From contig NC_090601.1 of assembly GCF_000497125.1 (NCBI RefSeq), forward strand, positions 1,054,001 through 1,118,000: a stretch of DNA of 64,000 nucleotides, read 5' to 3'. The stretch is from Spironucleus salmonicida (lineage: Eukaryota). Made by a program: the position numbers and the translations under genes. This document shows, one piece after another, positions 24,632 to 36,868 of this stretch (positions are counted from its first letter, which is position 1; every line of letters starts with the position of its first letter). Under the pieces are notes generated by a model. The model was not told the DNA's origin and made no database searches. It saw nothing but the letters and a program-made list of their open reading frames with translations.

Positions 24632-27445
24632 TCACTAACAGCCGCAGAGGCCTCTGCAACTGCCACAGTTCACGCGGCCGCACGCGCACATCACCACGCC
24701 CCTCTGAAGCCCCCTGCCGCACGCGCAAGCGACCTCCACCCAGGGCAGAATTTCGTTAATTTCCCGTTATTTCTGTTGGATCAGTTCCCGGATATTCGCG
24801 TTTTGTGCCACTTCAATTTCCACTTCAATGGAGTGGAAAGTCAAAATTGAATCGTATTCTAATTCGCCCTATTTCGCAAGCGTTTGAAGTGCTAAACCCA
24901 ATTTGCTGAGGTGATATAAGTGCTAAAATTGAAGCGTGCGGGAAAGCTGCGGCGGCGTTCCCGGCTGGGCCTGAAATTCGGGTTTTTCTAGCGTTTTACA
25001 CGCCGAAAACGCGCCAGAAAAGTGCGAATTTTCGGGAAATTTTGCAAAAATTTTCGTGTTTCTGAACGCAAATTGGAAGGGGTTTTCGTCCCCTTCCTTT
25101 TGTTATATCACTTCCCTTCCTATAACCAATTCGATTTAAACAGATTCTGACGATTCTGAGCACAAATTCGCTTCAATTTCAGTTTTTGCAGAAATTTCCC
25201 CTTCCGTTAATACGGACAATTCACTTTGATTTTCATTTTCCACTCCTATTAATTTCAACTCCTCAAAATCGTTCGCCTGAAAATCAAAATTTAAGTCGAA
25301 ATTTTCGATTTCGCGCGTCCGAACGGCCGCGATTTCCGGCCCGCAGGCGCCAAATTTCTTCAGCAGCGCCTCCTTCCGCAGCGCTTTCGCGGCGTCGATT
25401 TGCGCCTTCAACTCAGTGAAATCGGCCCCAAAACGCTCCAAAGACTCCGAAAACGCCCCAAAACGCTCCGCATCGCAGCGCTCCAGGCAGAACGCGAGAT
25501 CCTCCACTCGAAAATTTATCGAAAGTTCGGATAAAAGGAAGGAAATTGTATTATTAATCATATATTATTATATAATAAATTCAGTTTTTTCAGTTTCTGA
25601 AGTGATATAAGTGCGTTTTTTGAGCTCTTATGCGTAGGAATATAGCAGAGAATCGGCCGGAGCGATTTGCAGCAGTTTCTGCAACGGCTATAAGCGAATC
25701 GCCTAAAATGCGATGAGCTGCGCCAGCGACGAAATTGCGAGCGCGCTGGGCGGCATTTCCCTGTAGAATTCGACTAAAATGTCGATAAAAATGTCGGTAG
25801 AATTGCTGAAATCGGTCGAGAATTCAGGCGGGAAGTAGGCGTCGCTTTGCTGGATTTCGCGTTTTATTTGCTCCGTTTTCTGCTGAATTTTGTCCGTAAA
25901 ATTGAGGATTTTCTGGGTGAAAATTGAGGGTTTTTGTTTGTTAGTTTTTAGGTTTTAGAGATTTTGTTGAATTTCTGGAATTAGTGAAATTTCTGGAATT
26001 TCGACCGTTTCTGTCTTTTCTGACGTTTTTGGGATTTTTACAATTTGTTGATTTTGTGACGTTTCTGACATTTAGAGATTTTCGTTAATTTGTTCATTTT
26101 ACGGAATTAGTGAAATTTCAACTATTTGTGGAATTTGTTGAACTTCCAACTTTTCTGACAGCAGCGCCTGCTAATTCGGAGCGTTCTCGGGAGGCTGGAT
26201 GGGCGAGATCGGGTGCATGCGAATTTCTTCATTTTTATTCTCATTTTCTTGACTTTTCTAGTCTAAAATGCGATTTTCAGGCTCTGAAACTGATTTTTAA
26301 CTCTCTCCAGCTATGATTTCTAATGGCTCTAATAAGGTTTGTGACAGAATTTGGGTCTGGCTGTGCTCTGTGTCGTTAGCGTAAATGAGCTCGTCTGTGA
26401 TTTGGGCGCAAAGAACGTCGTTTCCGTACGTGAACGCGGCATCGCTCGGTTAAGGATCAGGCACCGTTAACTAAATTAGATGGTTTTGCAAAAATTCAAC
26501 AATATCGGTGCAGCAAATGGCGGAAATCAGTATGATTATATCTTCGTGGAGTTAGTGATCGCATAGCTGTTAAGCGAATGTCTTCACTTTGTCTGGTTGG
26601 CCTTTTAACTGGCTCCAGGTTTCTAGGCACTGTAAATTAGGGTTCTACTTCGCTATTTTTTCAACTGTCTTGTTAAAGTTTTTCGATTGCTAAAATAAGC
26701 ATTAGACTAGATTCGTTAATTTTTCAGCATTTGCAGAATCATTTTAAAAATCTAACAGTTGCTCTTGTAGCTATGGCAATGACGACGGTATCTGAACTTA
26801 GATCTGTTCGTTGTCGTGAACTGCACCAATCTCATTAAGATTAGAAATGCTATCAGAATTTTATGATTAAGTAGTACTTTTCACGACACTTTAATGCAGT
26901 TCATTATCTACTTATTTACTTTATTCAAAATTTTGGTCTTAAGATACATGATTTAATGTATTATTTATAGTATCTTCATCTTTTATATTTTATTCATTAG
27001 CAATTTTACTGGTTGCTAATTCATTTATTAAAATATCTAGGTCACCTTATTCGGTAGAAATAGCAATATTACTTAAATCTTCAGACTCTAATTCATGCAT
27101 AAAATCATTTAATTGGGTGTATAATTAGTTTAGTGGGCTAAATTCACTATAAAACTCAGAAATAGTTTACTTATTTAAATCTTGTATGAAGCAATACAAA
27201 GTTGATTAGTTCATGTATATTTTACATAAAACTATAAGTCTCTCTGGTAATTAATATGTTTTACATCCAGACCAAAATTAAGTCAAGGATTTTGATCGTT
27301 TAGAGCACTTTTCGATAAATTTTTAGATATTTGAACATTCTTCAGTTAATAAATTTGTTATGAACGTTGGAAGATATAGTATGAAGTCATCAGTGGCACC
27401 AAGTTAATCATAATATGAATGAAGATGCTAAAGTATATCTTCCAT
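24632..27445 (-). CDS. Large protein (937 aa), RUN-like N-terminus and C-terminal Cys-rich Zn finger
   Basis: Same frame from ATG 27445 through ATG 25561 to TAG-TGA 24632 in code 6 (most but not every line checked). Ends ACACGRGLQRGVVMCACGRVNCGSCRGLCGCQ. Confidence 0.7.
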
Positions 27446-27502
27446 TTGATTTATTATAATAATTATAATAATTATATAATAATATCGACCTGGCAGCCAG
27501 AA

Positions 27503-27913
27503 ATGGGAGGCTGCGCGCAGAACCTAGAGCTGCGCACCGTGCTGGTCCTGGGCCACCCCGGGACCGGGAAGACGCGCCTCATGCAGGAAATTACTGGCTT
27601 CGAGCCGGCACTGGACCCGCACCTCGGCGCGCTCGTGGCGCTGCACGGAGCCCTGCGCCTCGTGGAGCCGCTGTGCGACGACCAGGCCCGCGCGCGCTGG
27701 ATCCACCAGCTGCACCACGGCTGCGCCCTCGTGTACGTGGTGGGGCCGGGGGACGTGCAGGCCCAGCTGTACGACCTGCAGGTGCTGAGCCGCAGCGAGG
27801 CCGTGCGCGGCGTGCGGGTGGTGATCTTCGCCGACGAGGAGGTCCCGGACTTCGAGACCGTGCGCACGACGGACGACCTGCAGGGCTGGCTGATGGCGCT
27901 CGGACACGGCTGA
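27503..27913 (+). CDS. Divergent ARF-like P-loop protein, copy 2 (136 aa)
   Basis: As copy 1. Head-to-head with the 27445 ATG, 57 bp apart. Confidence 0.7.
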   Translation: MGGCAQNLELRTVLVLGHPGTGKTRLMQEITGFEPALDPHLGALVALHGALRLVEPLCDDQARARWIHQLHHGCALVYVVGPGDVQAQLYDLQVLSRSEAVRGVRVVIFADEEVPDFETVRTTDDLQGWLMALGHG

Positions 27914-28674
27914 GGCAGCGGCAGTGTGCGCGGGGAGCACCGGGTCGCTGGAGGGCGAGGGAGGCGGTGCGCATCTGAAGTGGTTGATTGAGGCTTTAGT
28001 TTAACAGAAGTTTACTGATAAGTATTACATTAATTTGAGTTGATTTATTAATATGATATTCAAATTGTTTCTTATAGAGAGTTTATTATGCTCTAATGAA
28101 AGTAACATCACTGTTGTTATTACAAAGTAATATCGGATGAATCTAAATTGATAATATAGGTTTATTTTAGAAAATTTTAATATGTACGGAAAGAAACAAT
28201 TTAATAGAAAACTTCAAAGTTTAATACTAAGAATATTAATATTAAATTTTATTCATTTAGCTAATAGAACTATATAAAAATAAAATAATATACATTTATG
28301 AAATTAATTATTGACATATTAATTTTTAACTAGAAAACAGATAAATCTTCACTAGTTTTTTGAAACCAAAAAAAGAATGAGTTTTTTCTTTCAGTAGAAA
28401 ATAAATCATTGAGATCCGGGATAGGTATTTAGTAAAGTTAACATTTTGAAATAATAATTTTATCGTAAATATAAGATGCATTTATAAGCTGTTTATTAAG
28501 TTAAAAAATATAATTAAATTTAAGCACATATAAAATTAGATTTAGTTATTTTATTGATCAGGTATTTCTGTGAAATCATTGTATTCATGCTAATATAACG
28601 ATTATATATTAGATGAAAAGAAAAGAATATAGAATTATTATAACAAGGATATACTTATCATATATTACATTAAA

Positions 28675-30297
28675 ATGCAGTTTGTACTAACAGTAACTTC
28701 GTAATTGTTGCTCTTTGATGATATTTAGTTTACAGAGGATAGATTTTATAACCCTCAGATTATTGAAAACTGCTTTGCTATAAATACTATATTAGAGGTA
28801 AATATAGACACTGGTTAAATATGTGTTGTGTTCGATATGCAGTATAATCCAGACTGTGATTAAATACTTCATGGTATTTATCTCGATATATAAGTTTCTA
28901 ATTGTCTTGATAGCGTTATAAGAGGTTAGATACTTAAGTATAATTATAAAGAGGATGGTCTCCTTTGCTATTATTGTCCTCTTATAGGATCTGACTCTAC
29001 TTGTAAGTTTATTTAAGAAACTTTAGCGGCCACTATTTATATTAAGTCATTGAGTAAAATGACAAATTTGCCAGTTGGATAAATAATAATAGCCCACCCA
29101 ATTAATTCAGGTTGCTATGATGATTCCTTAAATTAAGTATTTTGGTCGACAGATAAAGCTATTATTGATATATACTTAACAGGATAATGCCCAAATTCCG
29201 ATAAAGACATTTAGATATTTATATTTTATCTATATGATTTGGATAATCAAATTATTGAGCTCAATATAAGTGGATATAATGAATTGGGCGATCTTATATA
29301 TAATGAAGAATCGATAGATAATCGTGTCTAGATAACCGTAAACTATGATTTTTCAAAATATGTGCTGGATAATTTCAACTAGATGAAGGTTATGTTTTAC
29401 ATCAAGTTTAGTACCACAACAATTATTAAAACGGCATATATAAGCTTAATTTAAAGTTCATAACTTGATGTTATGTATATTAATGTTACATTTACTGTTT
29501 GGGCAGGTAGATTCAGTTTAATAGCAGATAGACTCGAAAATGCAGTAGAGCTTAACGCATTATTTATACCATAAATGCGCAAAATAAGACTTAGATATTA
29601 GATTTTTAGTATTATTACAGCAGATACAATAGATAACCTATTTTTTTGATTCATATAGCGTTGACTTTACTTTTATATATAGGGGCATTGTGTGTGATGA
29701 TAGAAACGACGGTGGGGAGTGCTCTAGAATGCTGCTAGTGCTTCAAAATATGAATCTTCTTGATGTTGAGATATTAATCCACTACTACTTCTATGATGAC
29801 TCTAATTAGGTGTATTTGTATTCTTCTACCCGAATACCTTCTGTATAAAATACCTGCTGGTCATCAATCTAAACAACCTTTAATGTAGGTGAGGTATGCG
29901 GGAACTTCATCCGGAACGCCTTCTCCCGGCAGTGCCCCTACCTGGAGCCGCAGCCCACCGAGTTCACCATCCAGATCGGCGACTTGGTCCTGGCCAAAAC
30001 CCTCGCGTACCAGATGGACCAGCTTGCCGTGTGCGTGCAGTGCCCGGCTTTGAATGCACCCGCCAGATTAAATAGTTATACAGGGTCGGCGCGCCCATCA
30101 CAATGACCTTCTCCTCCGGCGGGCGGCAGCAGGTCATGAGGCCCAGGCTTATATTTAACAATGACCATTCGGTGTTAACAGAGTGTTTATTCTATTTAGG
30201 TTGCGCAGTAATAATATTTTTAGTTGGTATATCTATTTATAAAATATTAGAAGTAAAGCTGGGCATTACTCTTAAGAGGAAAAGATTGTAATTTTGA
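28675..30297 (+). pseudogene. Chimeric surface protein gene: AT-rich 5' part, GC-rich 3' part matching the 48721 paralog
   Basis: MQFVLTVTSQLLLF...ENCFAINTILEVNIDTGQICVVF aligns with the 48721 gene. Frameshift at T-run 29641, abrupt switch at 29897, second frameshift at ~30045. Confidence 0.8.
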
Positions 30298-30325
30298 TGA
30301 TATTTGAGATGAATAATTTTTGAAC

Positions 30326-31105
30326 TCAATCTTATTTGATAATAAAGTAGTGCATTACTAAATTAACGCGAAACTAAATTTCTTTAAACCATATGATTGA
30401 CTTTTAGTTGCACATGGTTTCAATCATAAATTTAGTGATAATGGTGATATTCGCGATCAAATTGATATTATTCTCAGTTAAATTTATTTATTTTACTTCT
30501 AGGACTTCCATTTAACCTCCACCAACCTAAAAATTTAATGCTGTAAAAGTTGAAAACGGTATAATTTATATACAATTTAACTAAGATCTGCCACACTCAA
30601 CTAGACTACCAGTTGGATTTGCTATACAGGATACACATCTCAATCTTTGCATCGATGCAGGATATCCTACACCTAAGCGATTTAGAGACTAGCAATAACA
30701 GTTACGAGACAGAGCCCATCTTAGGCATCACCAGCCTTTATAGTAAACTTACCTGCTCAAACTGTAGTATACTTCATAGTAAAACGGTTCGCATATCCGA
30801 TGGCATCCTATTTACTGGATTAATCGTGAATACAGTAGCAATTATGTATTTGCTACTATAGTGGTCAGTACCCCATGGTCAGTTACATTAAAACTGATCT
30901 TCATTTAAATAATTTTAGCAGTATCCGGATAGCCCAAGTCGCTCTGGAAGGCAACCGGAGCCAGACATGCCTGGAACTTTGGGAGCACCCAGCGGTATTG
31001 GCACGACTATGCGGTTAGAGCGACTTGGATAATGTCCTGCTGTGCTCCAGGTTCATTGTTTATCTCATTAGGTACGCACTTAATATACTATATATCATTA
31101 TTCAT
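30326..31105 (-). pseudogene. Nonsense-mutated copy of hypothetical gene 50381-51160
   Basis: Same frame, but GGA is replaced by in-frame TGA at 30728-30730. Confidence 0.5.
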
Positions 31106-31222
31106 TTAGAAAAACTAATTTTGTTGTTTTTAATAATTTCTCCTGATAGTAAAAACAAGTTGCACTTCTTGACTGGCTGGAACAATAATAGGTATTACTG
31201 TTATCTAGGCCCTTTTACTAGA

Positions 31223-31462
31223 ATGGACCCCATTAACCGAAAAGTCCAGATCGCGGAGCAGCAGAGCGTCATCGACAACATGTTCCTGGCGGGGCAGCTC
31301 AAGAAGAGCAAGACGGCGTGGGACCTGGCCACCGAGAAGGACGAACCGCCAGCATCAACCTCTGGCAAGCAGCCGGCCCCGAACCGCAACCACGACCGCC
31401 CGGAACTGGGCGAAGTCCTCTCCGTCCGTGAGGCCAAGAGCGCCGCCAAGCTGTTCGATTGA
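31223..31462 (+). CDS. Small hypothetical protein (79 aa), copy 1
   Basis: MDPINRKVQIAEQQSVIDNMF...AAKLFD*, GC3 bias. Confidence 0.7.
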   Translation: MDPINRKVQIAEQQSVIDNMFLAGQLKKSKTAWDLATEKDEPPASTSGKQPAPNRNHDRPELGEVLSVREAKSAAKLFD

Positions 31463-32237
31463 TTGTTTTGAAATACACTTATATATACTCAGCAATACAA
31501 CGTCCTCTTTCCGCAATAATGTGGACCACGCGGACAGAGCGCTCCTCTTCGTACATCAAAATCAATAAAGACACCGAGACAATTTGACTTGGTATTTATC
31601 ACGAAAGTTGCATTCCTGTACAAAGTAACTGAATTTTAGCTACGTATCATAGGTATTTTTAAACTCAGCAATTATTTCATTTATCTACATGTTAGTATAA
31701 TCTAAAATAACTATGAGAAAATACAATTTTATACTTCTAAAACACTATATTAGCTTTGAACCTACATCTTTATTATGCTGTATCTTGCTTATTCTAAACA
31801 TTACCCAGCTCAATTAGTTATAAATCTGGATTTTAACTCCATGTTCTTTATTTCAATAATAAACCAAATTCCTTGATTTACAATAGTTGATTTACGTCAA
31901 TCCACTTAAATTTTACAGACCATATCATTGTATTACATTTAAATTTAGTTTTCTGTAAAAGTTAATGCTCCGTTCCTTCTTTCTATCCATTTTGACTCTG
32001 TAAACCTCATTTTTTTCAGTTACAGGGTTATTATGTCATTGGAAAAGCTGGATTAACTGCCTCTTTTCCATTCAAATTGCCGTGTTAACCGTTTTATTAG
32101 CAATAGTAGAATATTATTATTTTCTCGAGTTTTATATGATATAGTACTTATAAAATTTTACCGAAACGGCGCGAATCGTAAGTAAATCTTCAGGCCAGGC
32201 GCTGCGCACTAAAGATAAATTGAAGGAGCAGACAGTT

Positions 32238-33629
32238 TTTGGAAGGGAAATACACGCCTATTAGCAGTAAATATAGCCGAATATGCGCGATTTGTGTACT
32301 GCAATGCTGTAGAAAGACCCTAAAAAGCGGCCTAGTGTGAACACGATTTTGAAGCTCCCGTGCCTTCAGGAACGCATTTAGAAGCAGCTTCCTGACGAGG
32401 TTCTTCAGGATGAGTTTGCGCATACTGTTTTCCACGGAAAAGGTGACATTTTGAAGGGTTTTTACTCGTTAAAACCAAGTGCTCAGCCAGGAAACGTTTA
32501 CGCGCAGAAGGAAAACGAGCAAATGCAGCAATTTAAAACCGCCGTGGTTCAGAACCCAGTAAATCCGCCTTAGAATGCTGTCAAGCAGCCTGCGTAGGTG
32601 CGCACCTCCTACCCCTCTAACTACTCACATTCTAGAGTAAATTACCCACAAAATTCGAACTAAAACAAGCCATAAGTGATTAACGGTATGCAGCCTGGGC
32701 TGAACGTGAAACCGGTTGCTAGCCGGCAAGATTAAGAGAACAATCTTATAAACCAAGCCAAACAGCAGGATGCGCTGAGGCGGCGTGAAATTGAGGCCCT
32801 GAAACTCAAAAATCAGCAAATGGCGCAGGAGCGCGCGGAGTTCGAGCGCAGAGCCCGCGACGCTGAGATGCGGGAGCGGAAGGCGGAGGCCAGCAAACGC
32901 GCTCAGATGGAGGAGGACAAAATGCGAAATGCTGCTATTTAGCAGCAGCGAGATCTTCAAGAATAGCGGAAAATAGCACTGGAGAAAAACAAGCAGTAGT
33001 ACCAAAGTCAGTGGCAGAGCGAGCTGGATGGCGCTAAAGAGGCACCAGCTGCGGGCGGAGACGCGGCGCGAGCCCAATATATGGCTAGGCTGAAGCGTGA
33101 AAATCCGAGATAATATCTCATTGAGGTCCAGAAACGTAAGGATTAGGAGAGGCTGGACGAGATGAAGTAGCGTCAGAAAGCTAAAGACAACGAGCCGGAA
33201 CCGTTGGGTGGCTGGAAAAAGCCTTAGTCGCAAGTTGAAGCGCCACAGGCAGCCAAAAAGTAGCCAGTCAAGCGGTATGATCCCTACACGCGTTCGGAGG
33301 AGTCATCAGATTCTGATTTTGGAGACTAGCCAGATTAGAATTTTAACAACAAGGCCAATGCTGCGGACGAATGGAAGAAAAAGCTCACCAATCCGAACGC
33401 CAAAGAGAGCCTCTGCTATCGGATGGAGAGCCTGCGCGCCTTCATGGAAAAAGAGCTAGGATTTGATAGTTTTGTCAACGTATATGGAGCGGTTATGGAC
33501 GCAAATGACAACGACAAGGAGCTGGATGGGGACGCGATGCGGAGATAGCTGGGCGCGGATAATATGGGATACCTGAATTTGATCGTTTAGCTGATTATGG
33601 TCGAGCAGCGGTTCAACGAGTGCTAATGA
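32238..33629 (+). pseudogene. NEK1: 5'-truncated NEK1-like kinase (end of kinase domain, coiled coil, C-terminal domain)
   Basis: GKYTPISSKYS/MRDLCTAMLQKDPKKRPSVNTILK...DEFAHTVFH and C-terminal RMESLRAFMEKELGFDSF..YLNLIVQLIMVE. No upstream kinase subdomains seen. Frameshift at ~32280. Confidence 0.8.
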
Positions 33630-33648
33630 AAATTCTGAGTTCACTCCT

Positions 33649-35229
33649 TCACTAGTGTATTTTAACAGTTATAACAGTGGTAACAATTGCTACGAATGCA
33701 GCAACGGCCAAAAATGTTAACAGTAAGATAAGTAATACATTTTAAAATGTATTATTCGAACATAAGTACGCAAACTTATAATCTTAATCATTGTTAATGA
33801 TTATTAGCGGCTGAAATGACGAAGCTAAATTATCAACAAATCCGACTTATCTCTACGAAAAATCTCCAGGGTAAAATTCGAATGTAGAATCTCTTGTTGT
33901 ATTTTCCCCTTTCAAGCAAGTTTTGAAATAGTTAACTGATTCGAAGGGCATTATAAATTCGTAAACCTAATAGACCAAACGGCTAGAAGATACCGCAGTT
34001 GGTTACAAGATTTACTGAATGCGTGTTTTTACTTTGTGCGAGTATAGTTCAACACATCTTTCTGACTGCACTGGGAAAAATATAAGGCATGTATCCGTAT
34101 AAGATACCAATGTGAGGAAATTGTAGAAACATGATAGAACTGCTTTGTAGTATTTTACTTCCTCACGCAGTATTGTACCATCTTCTTTTATAAGAGTAAT
34201 GAAAAGGATAATGTCTGTAACTGATGGGTCGATCAGTACAGATTCATTTTTAGACGGCAATACAAAAAGAATACCTCCCATGCTTGCAATTACATTTATT
34301 GGACGGTGGTCATTATTTTGCTAGTACATAAAAATTGCACTTGAGTTAACGAAGGCGGTGCCAACCTAGCAGCGGTTGAATGCAGTTAAATCACCTGCAA
34401 TTACCAGCGTGTCGGGCGAAACCGCCCCAAATGCTTCAAGTTAGGTGTTACACTCCATACTTTACGAGCTGATGTTCCGAATGTAGCTGAAGATTTACTG
34501 CTCTAGGCTGGATCCTGGCTGTGTGAAATGCATAGACAGCCGTATTTGCATTTGCCTGTCTGTGGTAAACTCTGTAAAAAATGTATCAATCTGCGTTTGT
34601 ATTTCTGCCGTTGAGTCAGAAAAATTGAGGCGGTAGAACTTTGTGGACAGGTGCACGAATGGCAGTTTGTAGCCTTCGTAGTCGGCTGGTGCGGGATCTA
34701 AGGGGGCGATTGGAATCGAGTTCCACGTGCTATTTACCTGGTACTGAATGAAAATTTTAGGATCGTTAATGAGACAGTCGTTGGGGGTGCCTGACAGGTT
34801 CAAGTAGGATGTTTTCCCGTTCCTCGAGTAGTTTAAGCTAAGATCGCTCCAGCAATTTGACGTGTTGACGAGCGTGTTGGTTATTAGGGAAAACTAGCCG
34901 GGAACTTCTAGCTATTCTTGCAGTAACATGGTGTATGAGATTATAGACAGTTTATTCATAACGTCAAAGTCCTTTGCTGGGATGCTGTCGAACAAAATCT
35001 TTAAGGAACCATTTGAAAAATATTTAAATTTAGTCTCTATTGATGTTGTTGTTCCAGCATCAACATAATTTAGTTTAGCTATTGAAAGACTATTGTTGAA
35101 AGCTTGGCATTTAATAGGCGATGGATCTAAGTTAGTAATTGTGATCTCATATTACTTCTTTTGCATCACTCCTATTAAAGTTGAATTAGAGTAGAAACAT
35201 TGTGTCAGCCCAGATAGCACAATCAGCAT
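33649..35229 (-). CDS. Type I membrane/surface protein (526 aa), paralog of 1198-2769
   Basis: MLIVLSGLTQCFYSNS... The listed ORFs share this frame. C-terminal TM LTFLAVAAFVAIVTTVITV, TAG-TGA end. Confidence 0.8.
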
Positions 35230-36868
35230 TTGAAAATGAGTGGTATTAATTCTAGTTTAATTTAAGTTAGTAATTAAAAATGATTTTCAAAACTTTTTCT
35301 ATTTGAGATTAAATAGTAAAATATTGTTTATTTTCTGTTTAGTGTAAATTTGATATATTTAAAACTAATTTATTTTATATATACAATAGAAACTGCGGAA
35401 GGAATTATATAATTTAATGTATAATTTTATTTATTATGTTATATTATATTTAAATAATATAATTTTACGTTAAAAATATTCCATAATTTTGTAATTCGAT
35501 AATTTTGTCTACAACTGATTATTGATATTTTTTGATTGTGTCATTAATTTAAACCATAACATAAAAATAATAATTTCTAATCTTATGTATAAAGTTTTTT
35601 GTTAAATTTGATATTGTATAGTTTTAAACTAGTGTGAAATAAAATCTTAGATTATTGTAGTTAATTACATAACATCTAAAGAAACAACACTTATAAACGT
35701 ACAACAAAATAATTAAAAATTATAGGATGACAGTTTAAGTATATTTTGACTAACTTATGATAACATATATAAAAAGGTTGAACTATATAAAAATTCTATA
35801 GAGTAATATATTGATTCAAGGTATATATTGCTATTATTTTTATTAAAAGTACAAAATGTTCATCTGGACAGGAGAAAACGAAGTTTATCCAGGTAGGAAA
35901 TTTCATAATTTAAATATGACTCCATCATAATTCGATTTACACGAATAATTATATAATGTTTAAGTTGCAAAAAATTTGGTAATATTGGATGAAATAACCA
36001 AACCTTTACTAAAATTAAATAGTATGAATACAAAAATGCTGTTAGTAATGAAACTAATGCTCATTACTATTAAATGTTAGATAAGAGAAATATAACAAGA
36101 ATTAGCAATTCATATTATTAAATCTAAATTTCTTATAAGGTAAGTAAGGCCATTATAATTCATCATGACATATATAGCTAAATTCAGTTAGCTTACTTAT
36201 CGGGGCAGTTTACTTAATGCAAAATATCGCTGTTACGGTTTCATCTTTTGCCAAGTTTACCCATATTATATGAAGCAGGTTTTATTGCATGCATATTCGG
36301 CCAGCTGAATATTGCGTTCTTAATGACTATTATACATTTACTTTTTAGATATCTAAATGTACCATAGTAAGACTGCCTAACTATTTTCAATTACTATTTT
36401 CAATTAGTGATTATGTTTTATAAGTATATACAACGAAAGTAGATGGCGTAAACTATTTACATTCAAATTATTCAATTCTTAAAGTAGTCGTGCTAAAACT
36501 GTATTGTAGCCTTAAATAGTATATAGTAAGACTAATAGAGCTCCACCGCCTATTATTATACTACTTACTGAGAATCTAATTTTTATATATTAATTCTCAG
36601 ATACCAATACAATATCATGTTACATGTTTATTTAATGATAGATTCCTTTTTGTCAGAGGTAATATATTATAAATTATAGATTTTCTAAGCTGAACTAATA
36701 GCTACTTAAATTGTCGATAATAACCATCTAAATACCATTTTACATACAAGATTAAATATTTGAAAATTATTTAATAATGCGCGTTAGATGTAATGTATTC
36801 GTAAAAAATTCGCACAAATCTTTATAACTTGTCAATAAACATCCATAATATAGAAATTTAGTACTAAT

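Larger units (their letters stand above)
23943..27991. repeat. Near-identical ~540 bp inverted duplication (23943-24479 / 27445-27991)
   Basis: Mirror-image ORFs in the track. Only a few substitutions (P/H, A/V) and one short AT-rich indel. Confidence 0.95.
29897..31579 (+). repeat. ~1.7 kb direct segmental duplication of 49941-51634
   Basis: Near-identical sequence. Offset 20044, then 20055 after an 11 bp indel at ~30285. Confidence 0.95.
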
